Positions 45,103 to 55,828 of a DNA stretch of 64,000 nt are shown in pieces; within the stretch, counting starts at the first letter, position 1; each line of letters begins with the position of its first letter. Origin of the DNA: Corallochytrium limacisporum Hawaii (Eukaryota; Protista; Pluriformea). Under the pieces are notes generated by a model. The model was not told the DNA's origin. It did not search any database and saw nothing but the letters and a program-made list of their open reading frames with translations. The position numbers and the translations under genes were made by a program. The DNA is taken from contig PDIP01000011.1 in assembly GCA_002811645.1 (NCBI GenBank), forward strand, positions 190,435 to 254,434, read 5' to 3'.

Positions 45103-46902
45103 ATGGAACAATCCAAGACAGCGAACGGCACTTTGGTTGGCCCGGGAGACATGATGAAGTTCCAGGCCAGTCTGCCCAAGCTGCCGATCCCTGACCTCGA
45201 TGAGGTTTGCGATAAGCTTCTACTGAGCCTGAAGCCGCTCTTGTCTTACGAGGACTATCGTGAATACAGTGTGATCTTGGAAGATTTCCGTCGTGGCGAT
45301 GGTCCCAAGCTTCACAAGCTGCTCAAGGAGTTCGATGAGACTGTTGACAATTGGCTCGAGGACATTTGGATCAAGATTGCGTATCTCTCATACCGCGAAC
45401 CAAATGTGATTAATTCTAATGCCTTCTTCGAGTTCGACGACACCGAAGGTATGTCACAGGCCGCTGCAGGCGCCCTCTTCACCGACCGTATCCTGCAGTT
45501 CGCTGAAATGATCCGCACTGAAAATGTTCCGGTACCGCTTATGGGTGGCAAGCCCACGGACATGAGCCAGTACAAACGGATTGTCAGGGCTCAGCGTATT
45601 CCCAAGTACGGCTGCGATGAGATTTACATCCCGGAGTGGGACGAGTCCCGGCACCTGGCTGTGCTCTGCAACAATCATATCTACACGCTGCCCGTGGTCT
45701 TCGAAGATGGTAGTCACCTGAACCGGCGGGATTTGGAGCGACAGTTTAATAACATTATTGAGGACGCCAACTCTAAGGGCCCAGGAGAAGGAGTCGGTGC
45801 TCTCACTGCGCTGGGCCGCGACGAATGGGCTGAGGTGCATGCGACGCTATTGCGTGACCGGACCAATACTGCGTCCCTCAAGGCAATTGACAATGCTCTG
45901 TTTGTAGTGACCTTGGACCGCACGTATCCCCACACCCATTCTGAAGTCATGGCTCTTTGCGGCCACGGTGGCGGCAGCGGCCGCGACGGCCAGAATCGGT
46001 GGTTCGACAAGTGCATCCAGGTGCACGTTGCAAAGAATGGACGCATGGGACTTCAACTGGAGCACACCATGGCGGACGGTATGCAGCTGGCAGAGCTGGT
46101 GCTCTACTCCATGAAGCCTACTGCTAAGCTGGACAACCGTTTCCCAGACCGTCAGGTGCTGGACACGCCAAAGAAGTTGGACTGGAACCTGTCTCTGTTC
46201 CATACGGAGGCTATTGATCGTGCGCGGGTGTTCCATGATGCAAATTGCGCCAATCTGCGCTTCGAATCCTTCATCTTCAAGGACTACGGTAAGGAATTCT
46301 TGAAGGGTGTGAAGGTCAGTCCTGACGCCTACTTCCAGATGGCCATGCAGCTGGCCTACTACCGTCTGCACAACGAAATCCCGGCCACCTACGAGACAGC
46401 CGCAACCATGCGCTTCTACCATGGCCGTACGGAGACCATTCGCTCCGCCTCCATTTGGAGCCGTGAATTCTGCGTATCTATGGACAATGAACGCATCACT
46501 CCAGAGAACAAGGTTCAGTTGCTGCGTGAGGCCATTCTGGCACATTCCAAGTACACCCGGGAGGCAGGCCAGGGCCATGGCTGTGATCGTCCTATGCTCG
46601 GCATGCGCATTATGGCACAGCGCAATGGTATCCGTCCTCACAAGGCCTTTACGCACGCAGCATTTGCCCGTGGTTCCACATTCCAATTGTCCTCAAGCCA
46701 GGTGCCCATGAATGCCGGCTTTGGTCCCGTGTGTGCAGATGGCTACGGTATTTGCTACCAGGTCCGTCCCCATGACATTCGCATCAACATTTCCAGCTTT
46801 GTAAACAGTCAGAAGACTGATCTAGGAAGAATGCAGAGCTCCCTGCGCGGCGCCTTGAAGTCGATGAGTATGCTGTTCAATGTTGTCAAGGCCAAGGTTT
46901 GA
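45103..46902 (+). CDS. Carnitine acyltransferase (CROT/CRAT family) with PTS1-like AKV; an in-frame upstream ATG lies at 44917
   Basis: LPKLPIPDL, NRWFDK, catalytic EHTMADG, SPDAYFQMAMQLAYYR, TYETA, GRTETIRS (carnitine-type, not the ChAT VDN), GFGPVCADGYGICY. Confidence 0.93.
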   Translation: MEQSKTANGTLVGPGDMMKFQASLPKLPIPDLDEVCDKLLLSLKPLLSYEDYREYSVILEDFRRGDGPKLHKLLKEFDETVDNWLEDIWIKIAYLSYREPNVINSNAFFEFDDTEGMSQAAAGALFTDRILQFAEMIRTENVPVPLMGGKPTDMSQYKRIVRAQRIPKYGCDEIYIPEWDESRHLAVLCNNHIYTLPVVFEDGSHLNRRDLERQFNNIIEDANSKGPGEGVGALTALGRDEWAEVHATLLRDRTNTASLKAIDNALFVVTLDRTYPHTHSEVMALCGHGGGSGRDGQNRWFDKCIQVHVAKNGRMGLQLEHTMADGMQLAELVLYSMKPTAKLDNRFPDRQVLDTPKKLDWNLSLFHTEAIDRARVFHDANCANLRFESFIFKDYGKEFLKGVKVSPDAYFQMAMQLAYYRLHNEIPATYETAATMRFYHGRTETIRSASIWSREFCVSMDNERITPENKVQLLREAILAHSKYTREAGQGHGCDRPMLGMRIMAQRNGIRPHKAFTHAAFARGSTFQLSSSQVPMNAGFGPVCADGYGICYQVRPHDIRINISSFVNSQKTDLGRMQSSLRGALKSMSMLFNVVKAKV

Positions 46903-47175
46903 ACGAGATCCGTCTCCATCGAAGACAGGTGCGCCACACCAAACGTCTCTTACTCATATTCTTGTGTTATGCATTCTCATACTTCCATAGCCACTGCGCA
47001 CATAATTCCCGAAATATACACCAAACGCTTCCTGTAAGGCACACCTTAACACAATAGACACTCTGCACCGATATGAAATTTCCAATACGGAGGATATTGG
47101 TACGATAATCTAGTAACAATGATGACGAGAACAATGATGGTAGATGATAATGATGCTAATAGAGATATGCCACAT

Positions 47176-48522
47176 TTAGTCCATGCTCTCAGTCGGGTAC
47201 TTGCGGAGATCTGGCGCGGGCACGAACCTGCCCTGCTTCTCCACTTCGGTACGGCACTTGGCATAGAGACGACGGCTGCTCAGGTACGCACCGTAAATAC
47301 CACCGGCAGCACGGAGCCAAGCGGGGATCTTGACCGCTCTGGCGGCCAGAAAGAACATGCACAAATTCTCGAGTTCCTTGAACATGAGATCAGTCTCCAT
47401 TTTGCGCACCTTGGCAAGTCGATCCTCCGCTTCCATGGAACTCTTCAACAGATCATGCAGGCGTACACGGTGGCTCACGTAGTCCAGCCACATGTCAATG
47501 ACAATGCGACTAACACTGGAGTGGTTCTTCCATTCCTTGGCAAAGGACTTCACGTCCGGGCTGAGATCCAGGATTTTGGCCTTGCCCAGCCAATTTATGT
47601 GGTCAAAGAACAGGTAGAACAGCGAACAGATTTGGGCAAAGACCGCCAACTCCCGCCACGGTTTGTCACTGCGCAGAGTCTCAAGTAATCGACGATAGTC
47701 TTCCAAGAAGCGGAACCAACGGAAGGCCTTCCTGCCTTCGGACAGATTATCCTCCAAATTTTGTACTCGCCCGGACAGGGCGAGGAAGAAGCCGAGGTTT
47801 CGGAACGCCTCCTTCACAAACTCTGCCGCGTATTGCATGACCATGAGTAGCTTACTGCGACCCTGGCTATAGCCGAGGAATCGGCAAATGACTTCGAAGT
47901 GGAACCGCCGACGGTAGAGCACGACCTTCTCTTCGTATGTGCGTGGGGTTTGGCGCTTGGGATCGAGAATCAGGAAGCTGCTGCTCATGTCAATGTAGGA
48001 CCTACGGCTCATGTTGCTCATCCCCTTCCCACTACCATGAATGCTTCCGTTGCTGACAGTACTACCGTTGCTATCCCTCTTGCCATTGCTGCTCAGATCA
48101 TTATCTATCTTGACCCCGGCGTGGTTGCGAACGTCCCCATTCTTGGGCGATCCGTTGCTACCATTGCTCATCCGATCATCATCTGATGACGTTGTCTCAC
48201 CCTCTGCTGCCTCTGTTATGTTCCAGGTTTCTGTAGTAGTGGCTGACCGTGGGGTCACGTCTGTATGGTTGGGATCACCTGGAGAGTATGGGGCCTGTTC
48301 CGAAATGCTCACCTTGCGCGTTGAGAGTTGTGCTCTGTGCAGAATTCCTCCAGCCGGACTAGTTGGAGTGTCAGAACGAAGAGAAGGCTTGCGGCCCACA
48401 GTTTTGCGCTCGCTGCTCTGTCGAGGGAGCCTGCTGATGCCTTCGGCGAGACCGGAGTCGTCACCGTCAAAGTTGAGCGGGCTCATACTAAGCGATTCTT
48501 TCCGTAATCTGTCGTGTGCCAT
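47176..48522 (-). CDS. PEX11: PEX11-family peroxin with ~205-aa Ser-rich N-terminal extension
   Basis: FLGYSQGRSKLLMVMQY, LSEGRKAFRWFR, YLFFDHINWL PEX11 signatures. Confidence 0.85.
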   Translation of the reverse strand: MAHDRLRKESLSMSPLNFDGDDSGLAEGISRLPRQSSERKTVGRKPSLRSDTPTSPAGGILHRAQLSTRKVSISEQAPYSPGDPNHTDVTPRSATTTETWNITEAAEGETTSSDDDRMSNGSNGSPKNGDVRNHAGVKIDNDLSSNGKRDSNGSTVSNGSIHGSGKGMSNMSRRSYIDMSSSFLILDPKRQTPRTYEEKVVLYRRRFHFEVICRFLGYSQGRSKLLMVMQYAAEFVKEAFRNLGFFLALSGRVQNLEDNLSEGRKAFRWFRFLEDYRRLLETLRSDKPWRELAVFAQICSLFYLFFDHINWLGKAKILDLSPDVKSFAKEWKNHSSVSRIVIDMWLDYVSHRVRLHDLLKSSMEAEDRLAKVRKMETDLMFKELENLCMFFLAARAVKIPAWLRAAGGIYGAYLSSRRLYAKCRTEVEKQGRFVPAPDLRKYPTESMD

Positions 48523-50265
48523 TGTCTATTGAATAATTATGTCAGTGTTTTCCTGTACGGTACACTTGTGGAAATATGTGACATGAAATGCCCTTATGCT
48601 TTGTCGTTACCCTAAGAACATGGTGTCCATTACCTATTCTTTAGAAGTATCTACAAAGCCACTAAATCTTCTCAATGCGTTCCTATGTCTAAACCAATGC
48701 GCCACGCGTGTGATCCAGGTGCATACTCTTGTTAAGTACCCACCCAAGTATAAAGCTTGAGATATAAAGATATCATGGCAAAATAAACAAGAGAGACCAG
48801 AGCAGCTGCGAAAAGTTTGCAAATGATTGACTATGCCGTGTTGTAGGCACCGAGGCGGAAAGAAGCATTTTCGGCCCACTCATCCTCCGCACTTTTTGTT
48901 CTGCGCACTGTGTCACAGTCCGGAGCCGTCTCCCCGCGCGAGGTCCCTACTCCCCGTTCCCAGCCTCCCTCGTAGTCCGCGCTGTCTGGTACTGAATGTA
49001 CTGCTGTTCTCCTGGATTCTGCACAGCCTTGCTCACCTTCCTCTCCCCTTCTCTCGGAACAGAATGCCCTGGTAGGCCTGTGCGTCGAATTGCCAAAAAT
49101 AGCACGACGCGACCCCGGTCCTCGTACTTCCGCATACATTTTCTATGGGGCTGCGCACCGCAGATGAGGAGACTGAGAAACGTCAGGGTCCCTGCCCCTT
49201 CCCCTTCCCCTCTCCCCCGCGGCCGCAGATTTTCCATGAATTTGCCTGTGTAAGGAAGAGAGACTGGACAGGTGGGGTTGGGTTAGGGTTGGTGGTGGTT
49301 AAATGCCCTAGCCGGACAAAAGGGAAAAGAAAAAAGGAAATCAAAAATGCTGGAAGCAAGGACAGTGGGCGTGCGGGGAGGTAACTTTTTTTTTTGGGCT
49401 CGCTTTTTCTTTTTCTTATATTTCTGTTTTTTTTCTAAAGTTTCTCGTACGGAGAGAATGTTCTCTTCTGTCCGATATTGCGCAGGCGTATTCGCTTATC
49501 ATCTCTTTTTCTTTTTTTAAACATTCTTTTTTGTCCCTTTTAGCAATTTCCAATTCTTCCCTTCCTTTTTCTTTTATTGCCTCCGTCGCCCGTTTTTTTT
49601 TTTTTTTTTTTGGGTATTGGCTGTTTGGCCGGTGTTGCAGATAGTAGTGGCCCAGGTTCAGAGCACACAGCAAAGGAAATTTACCAGCAAGCGTTCGTCA
49701 TCGCTCTCTCCTCTCTCCCCCTCCTTCGGCCTAGATGGGGGGGGGAATCGACAGGCCGCCGTTAAGGCCTGAGGGTCAGCTGACTGACGGTGGGGAGTAG
49801 GGCTCGGGAAGGAATTATTTTATATACCGACTGTTTTTAATATTCAACATACACAGGTCACTATTGAATTTGAGATAGTAGATTAGAAAGTTTATAATAT
49901 CCTGACTACTATAAATTATTGGTACTGGGTTGATTCACAACCAAGGTCGCAAGAGAGGGTGGCCCGCGCGAACCTCCAGAAATTGGACTCCTGGACAACC
50001 ATCGATGTTTTTCTGTCCCGAGACCGAATTCCCAACCGGGGCCCTGGGGGGAGGGGGGGGGGTGGTTTCCACTCTCCCTGGACGGGTGAAGAAAAATAGA
50101 CTCCCATCTTCCAGCGCAGGAATCTTTCTCTTTTGCCTCGTGAAAAACCTCTGCGCTGGATTTGTCTTGTTATTGCGCGTTCTTTTTCCATTCTTTTTTT
50201 TTTCTTTTCTTTCATAATTTTTCTATACCGGCTCCCCGTCCCCTCCTTTCTTGCTTTTGCCTTTG

Positions 50266-50305
<40 letters not shown>

Positions 50306-51022
50306 CTCCCGCTGTCCCGGCCCCCCCCCTCCCTTTCTTTGCCCTTTTGTTTCCCGCTTCTCGGCCTGCGCTCCTCCGGGCCCCCGGGCCTTTTTGGCAG
50401 TGGCTGGCTTGTGCAGACACAGAGACCGAGAGGGTAGGGAGAGAGGGCGCGAAGAAAGGCCCCGCTGGGCACGGCGGCCACCGGGGAAAGAGGGCAGGGC
50501 AAATCTCTGGCTTTTTTTCTTTGTGCCTTCTAACGATATTCTTCCATCTCGGGTCCCCTTGGTTTTGAAGGGAAAACAATCGTGCCGTCCGTCCAAACGC
50601 ACAAAGAGAGAAGGGGACGCACGCATTTGGACGGCGGGGCCTTTCCGCTTGCTTGCTGTGCGGCAGTGGTTTGTCTTTCCTTCCTTCAAAGTTCTTTTTG
50701 GCGGTTCGATGGCTTTTTTGTTTGTCTTAATTGCGTGCGTGTGCTGGAGTCATGGGCCCAGTGATTTTGTATGTACGGTCGACGATTCTTTGTCATGGTT
50801 GGACGTTCAGTCTTGACTGTAAGTGGTTGGTATTCGAACACTTAGTTCTTGGCTGCACACACTGGTCTGAATTTTTCAGTCTTACATCGGTGCCACGGTA
50901 AGCGATTCGGGTACAGTTCAGTCGACTGCAGGACCACACTCTGAACAGAGAGAAAGAGTGAAATGCATACAGAACAAGACTTAGAGAACGTTAACTAGTA
51001 CCATAAGATATCCACAGCAGCA

Positions 51023-53563
51023 ATGCCTACCGCATCTCTAGCTTTGAAGTCGGCTGATGTCGAAATCTGCAAACGGTCAAACAAGCTTGACCTGACCGGG
51101 CGCTTCCTGCACAAATGGCCTGCGGAGATCTGGCAGTTGGCACCTTATCTTAAGGTGCTGAAGTTGAGTCGTAACTATCTGAAGGACATTCCAGAAGCTA
51201 TTGTGAAGCTGGAGAACCTGGAGTCATTGATCATTGATGACAATCAGATCAGGGATCTGCCGCAGGCTCTAGGTGAGATGTCCAGTCTGCGCATTCTCAA
51301 CGTCGAGAACAACCCATTACCGGGCAAAATCATGGCCATCTATCGCCGTTGTCCCGCACCCTATGACAAGCACAGCGGCCGTGGTGATGGTGAAGAGGGT
51401 GTCCTGTGCGAGTCCCTGTTGCAGGAACTGAATCCAAACCGTCCGCCAATGCCTACCCGCGCAGACCTCGCGACCAGGGCCGAAGGAGAGCGACCTGTCC
51501 TGTCTACTGGTGCTGATGGCATCAGTGACCGAGTACGAGCCTTCGTTGAGTCGCTGTCCCTGGCCAGGCTGCGTGAGGAACTGGAGCGCAGGGATCTGAG
51601 TATCAGCGGTCGCCAGCACATCCTCGCCGACCGACTGGCCCGGGAAATGACGCGTGAAGAGTACGAGGCCGTAGCCATGCGTGGAGAATCGTCGCCTGTA
51701 CCTGAGCCGGAGCAGAGCCCCGGCGAAAAGGGCCGCAGCGGCAGGCTTTACGGCGGCCACGGCACGAGTATCCGTGACGGACTCTTTCGCTCCCCTTCTC
51801 CACCTGCGAGGCGGCCTGGCGCCGCAACTGTGCCCAGTACGACGCACGCGATCGCTATGGGCCAAGATGAAGATGGTGGATCAAAGATTCAGAGCCTCCA
51901 TAGGCCACAAACCGCCGGCACCGACGTGAGCAGCGCACCGTTCGGGCACGACGGGAACACCAACGACAGTGCGAACGAACCCGATGCCTACAGTACCCAG
52001 CGGGTGCTCAAAGACTTTGATATTGCCAATGCCCAGCGCAGTGCTTCGCTCGATCTCAGTCGCCGCTATGTTACCGTCATTCCCACCGAAGTATACGGTC
52101 CTCTGCTGGGAGATACACTGCGTGTGCTGCGCCTTGCTTACAATGAATTGCGAGTGCTGCCGCCGGAAATGGCCGGATCCATGCCGAACCTGCGCGAACT
52201 GAATCTGGACGCAAATCGTTTCCAGACCCTGCCATTCGTCCTCGCCTGTCTACCTGCCCTACGACTGTTCTCAATGGAGGACAACCCGCTATCTAATGAC
52301 CACCAAGCCGTCTACGATCTCTGTCGCCGTCCTCTAAACGACCACGGCTCTGTGGAGAGTGACATTGCGACAAAGTACCTCGCCCTAAGGTATGCGGCAG
52401 ACCCCAGTGCGCCCCACTGCGCGGCCATCCTGCTCGGTTCAACGCCTCTTCTAAGTCATGACGTCGCTCTGCGTCGCGCGGTGGAATCTGCGGAGGAGGC
52501 AAGCGGGCGTCATTTTGCGAACGTCGAGTCCAAGGTGGACACAACCTACAGGCGCCAGATCGCACGCCCGAGGTCTGCCATTGATCAGCATCGGGGTGTT
52601 CTGCACATCGGCATGGACGAGACCCACCACAAGGACCATACGCACTTCCAGGATGACACTACCGAAGAGCACATGAAGCATTTGTCAATGCATAATGATA
52701 ATGGGCAACCAAATTGTCCGGGCAAGAACGGACACCTTGACCACTACCATCAGTACGACGATGACATTGGTCCGGAGGGGTATGTCCACAGGCGACATCT
52801 GCGTGACCATCCTTTCGAGCACCTGTACAAGAACGCACGTAACACGGGTTTTCTGGATCTAAGGGATCAACATCTGACCGAGTTTCCGCAGGATATTTTG
52901 CAAGACTTGGAACTACAGAAGCGTCTGAAGGTCTTGGATCTATCCACCAACCGTCTGCGCGTCTTGCCGGAGTCAATTGATGTCCTTTCCGGACTGCAGG
53001 AGATTTACCTTGGTGGGAATGATCTCCGCGAGCTGCCCCTAACCCTGGGCAACTTGGAGCACCTCAAGCGCATTGGTCTGGACGATAATCCGTTGTTCGC
53101 GGACTTGCAGCGAATCGTGGACGAAAGCAAACGGCCCCTGACGGGGCGTGGTACGGACGCCAGCAGTTTGCTGCTCTACCTTAGGCACCAGGCTGCCAAG
53201 CGCCATTCACGCGAGTCCGTGACTGGTGGCGCATCTCCCGTTCGATCTGTGGCTGGGCTTCGCAAAGACTATGCAAATGACCCTTGGAAGGAGCACAAGG
53301 AGATGGCTGCGATGCCGGGTAATGAAGAAATTGTGGACCACAAGGATCAGAACCGGAGCAAGACTCTTGAAATTGCCCAGGAAAAGCACAACGGAATCGG
53401 TGATGCCAGTGGTAGTGGTGGTGTAGAGTTTGACCCCACCGTCTACGATGATCACGACACCAGCCAGCTGAGAGACGAGTTGTTTCGACGGGGTTTAGAT
53501 CCGCAAGGATCGCACGCAGTGCTCAAGAACCGCCTCATGAGGTACCGAAAGCAGCATGGATGA
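51023..53563 (+). CDS. LRR protein with three LRR modules, two SAP motifs and a His-rich segment, 846 aa
   Basis: Three LDL...NPL modules; SAP-like LREELERRDLSISGRQHILADRL and LRDELFRRGLDPQGSHAVLKNRL. Confidence 0.88.
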   Translation: MPTASLALKSADVEICKRSNKLDLTGRFLHKWPAEIWQLAPYLKVLKLSRNYLKDIPEAIVKLENLESLIIDDNQIRDLPQALGEMSSLRILNVENNPLPGKIMAIYRRCPAPYDKHSGRGDGEEGVLCESLLQELNPNRPPMPTRADLATRAEGERPVLSTGADGISDRVRAFVESLSLARLREELERRDLSISGRQHILADRLAREMTREEYEAVAMRGESSPVPEPEQSPGEKGRSGRLYGGHGTSIRDGLFRSPSPPARRPGAATVPSTTHAIAMGQDEDGGSKIQSLHRPQTAGTDVSSAPFGHDGNTNDSANEPDAYSTQRVLKDFDIANAQRSASLDLSRRYVTVIPTEVYGPLLGDTLRVLRLAYNELRVLPPEMAGSMPNLRELNLDANRFQTLPFVLACLPALRLFSMEDNPLSNDHQAVYDLCRRPLNDHGSVESDIATKYLALRYAADPSAPHCAAILLGSTPLLSHDVALRRAVESAEEASGRHFANVESKVDTTYRRQIARPRSAIDQHRGVLHIGMDETHHKDHTHFQDDTTEEHMKHLSMHNDNGQPNCPGKNGHLDHYHQYDDDIGPEGYVHRRHLRDHPFEHLYKNARNTGFLDLRDQHLTEFPQDILQDLELQKRLKVLDLSTNRLRVLPESIDVLSGLQEIYLGGNDLRELPLTLGNLEHLKRIGLDDNPLFADLQRIVDESKRPLTGRGTDASSLLLYLRHQAAKRHSRESVTGGASPVRSVAGLRKDYANDPWKEHKEMAAMPGNEEIVDHKDQNRSKTLEIAQEKHNGIGDASGSGGVEFDPTVYDDHDTSQLRDELFRRGLDPQGSHAVLKNRLMRYRKQHG

Positions 53564-54437
53564 ACACCACCACCTTTAACTATATATTCATTCTAATCAT
53601 CACCTAAATGCAAATACAAATATTCACGTTTTCCAGAGATGGAACCGATTTTGCCAGCTGGGCGAAACCATTTGCTGAGGGTTTTGATTTCCAAATGCGG
53701 AGCTTCTTCGAGGACGATCTGCCACATTCCCTGCCGACATCAAGGATTGGGCTACGTGGCGCCTTGGGAAAAGTGGTCGAATAACTATGACGTGCAGGAA
53801 GTGTGGTAAGGCGGGAGGAGGAGGAAAGGAAAAGGGAGGAAGGGGGAGGCCGGGGGGATGGGGAGGGGCAAAAATTGGTACCTGCCGACCCGTGATTTCC
53901 AAGGTTTTGCATCGTGTTTTCCATGGTATTCGATAGCCAAAAATACCCACGCGGAATTGTTAAGAATACGAATTTAGGACAGCTGATTATAAGCCCGCTG
54001 GAAACGCCAATTTGGGCTTCTCGCTTCGCCTTGTTTCCTCATAGTCGTGGCCTCCCAATTCAGAATTACGACAGAGGACACACACGTAGCGATTGCTGTT
54101 GCCATCGGATCTCAGATGGCTGCCGTGGTGGCAGTGCCAGAGTATTAGGTTTCTAGCTTCGGTGTACTCCATATGCTTCACTTGCGCTTAATTAGGTGCA
54201 CCGGTGATGATTCCAGGTGCAAAGACTCCGCACATGTTGAGCAACGCATCACCCACTTCGGGTACAGGCCGGGGGTGGTCGCGGTAGGGACCAGCTGCTC
54301 CCTCTGTGACAGCAGCGATGCCTAGGGGGCAGCCAGCCAGCTCAATCCCTCCGACCAGGACACACAGACGGACACGGACGACACAAAAAGACCGTTCGAA
54401 CAAGAGACAGAGTGACAGAGAAGCACGAGACGAGCTT

Positions 54438-54492
54438 GAGAGAGAGAGAGCGAGAGCGAGAGCGAGAGAGAGAGAGAGTGTGTGTGTGTGTG
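54438..54492. repeat. Compound (GA)n/(GAGAGC)n/(GT)n microsatellite
   Basis: Read directly from the sequence. Confidence 0.9.
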
Positions 54493-55828
54493 AGTGAGGA
54501 GAACCGGGGGGGGGAGACAACAGGCTACCGTTGGGCGAGTGACCACGCTGCCGGAAGCGCGATAGAAAATTGGTGCCTCCGGGCGGGTGGTGCTACCGGT
54601 GGTGCGGGCCTTGTTAATGTGTCGCGCTTTTTGGACGCTCGTTCCTGTTGGGCCGCTGTTGGTTTTGTTTTTTTTCACCAATTTTTATTTTCCCGGGAGG
54701 GGACCGATGGCGAGCGGTGAAAGCATAAATTTTACTTTGCCTGGCTCTCCTTCCCCCTCCCCCCCGGGGGGCCCCAGGGCGGGTCCCTGTTAAGAAATTT
54801 TGAAATTCTTTTCTTTTTTTTTTCCGGAGGGGTACAATGACCTCCTCCCCCCCCTCTCCCCACCAACCCCTGCAACACACACTCCATGGGGACTGATAGA
54901 TAAGCACCGGGTACTATGCACAAATTTCTCCCTTTTGTTTCTGCTGTGGCTTTTCAGCGGAATGAGAGAACGAGGAGCACACTCCCGAAAGTTTTCTTTT
55001 CTCGATCGCTCAACTCCCCCCCGGGGGGGGGCGGGGAAGGGGCTGATTTATTTCTTCTTTTTGTTTTTTTTTGGGGTTGGGCAGGGAATCGCTTTTGGAT
55101 CTGACCCGCGATATGGACACACTGCAAACCAAAAAAGAAAAAAAGGGGGAGAATGAATAGTGGCCCCCTTCCCCCCCCCCTTCTGCAGGGAGAGCTCGAC
55201 CGAGAGAGAGCGAGAGAGCGAGAGATAGACGCAGACAGAGAGAGAGAGTGAGAGAGAGGGCCTTTTCAGAGGGGGAGGGTTCCCCCGAGACTGGGTGGAA
55301 AGTGAAAGCGCGCCGCGGCCGGCCCGACCCTGAGGAAAGCGCGGTTGTGTCGTGGAAGGGTGGATGGGGGCCGAATTACGGCTTCGGTTGGTGGTGGTAC
55401 GGTGCGGTGCGGTGGGGGTACCGAGAAGGGAACGAAAACCTCCCCCGTCCCTCCCCGCCCGGCCGGGAGGGCGGCGGGGCTGCCTCGGCGAAGGGTCGCT
55501 TATTTCTCTGTTTTGGCTTTTCGCCTACGGTGGATTTTATGTTGATCTGGCCACGTTTACCGTCTTTTCTGTTTGTTCTTAGGTTTAGTTTTTTGTTTAC
55601 GTGTGTTTGTAGTTTGCATGACAGGTATTCATTGCTAAGAACTCCTTGTTGTGCTCTTGATCTTTCGCTCTGATAGTGAGTCCATGAACCAGCAACACAC
55701 CAACGAAGCAAAACAATAAGTTTCGTCTGACGCAGGGTGATTAGACGGTAAGTCCAATCAAACCCAGAACACACCTTCGTTATAAAACTCATTTGTTCGT
55801 TTTCCTTTGCGTATCGAAAGAAGTAGCC

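Noticed and set aside
49280-49290. Telomere-like GGGTTAGGGTT
   Set aside because: Under two repeat units in G/T-rich sequence; no supporting telomerase-RNA structure seen
50355-50398. CGCTTCTCGGCCT...GGCCTTTTTGGC resembling the U2 snRNA 5' end
   Set aside because: No GTGTAGTA branch-pairing sequence or Sm site in the right position; the match is interrupted
49916-50816. 200+ aa ORFs in the GA/CT-rich region, also 57453-58077 and 59473-60275
   Set aside because: Translations are ER/LS/FL runs from microsatellites and homopolymers, not protein-like
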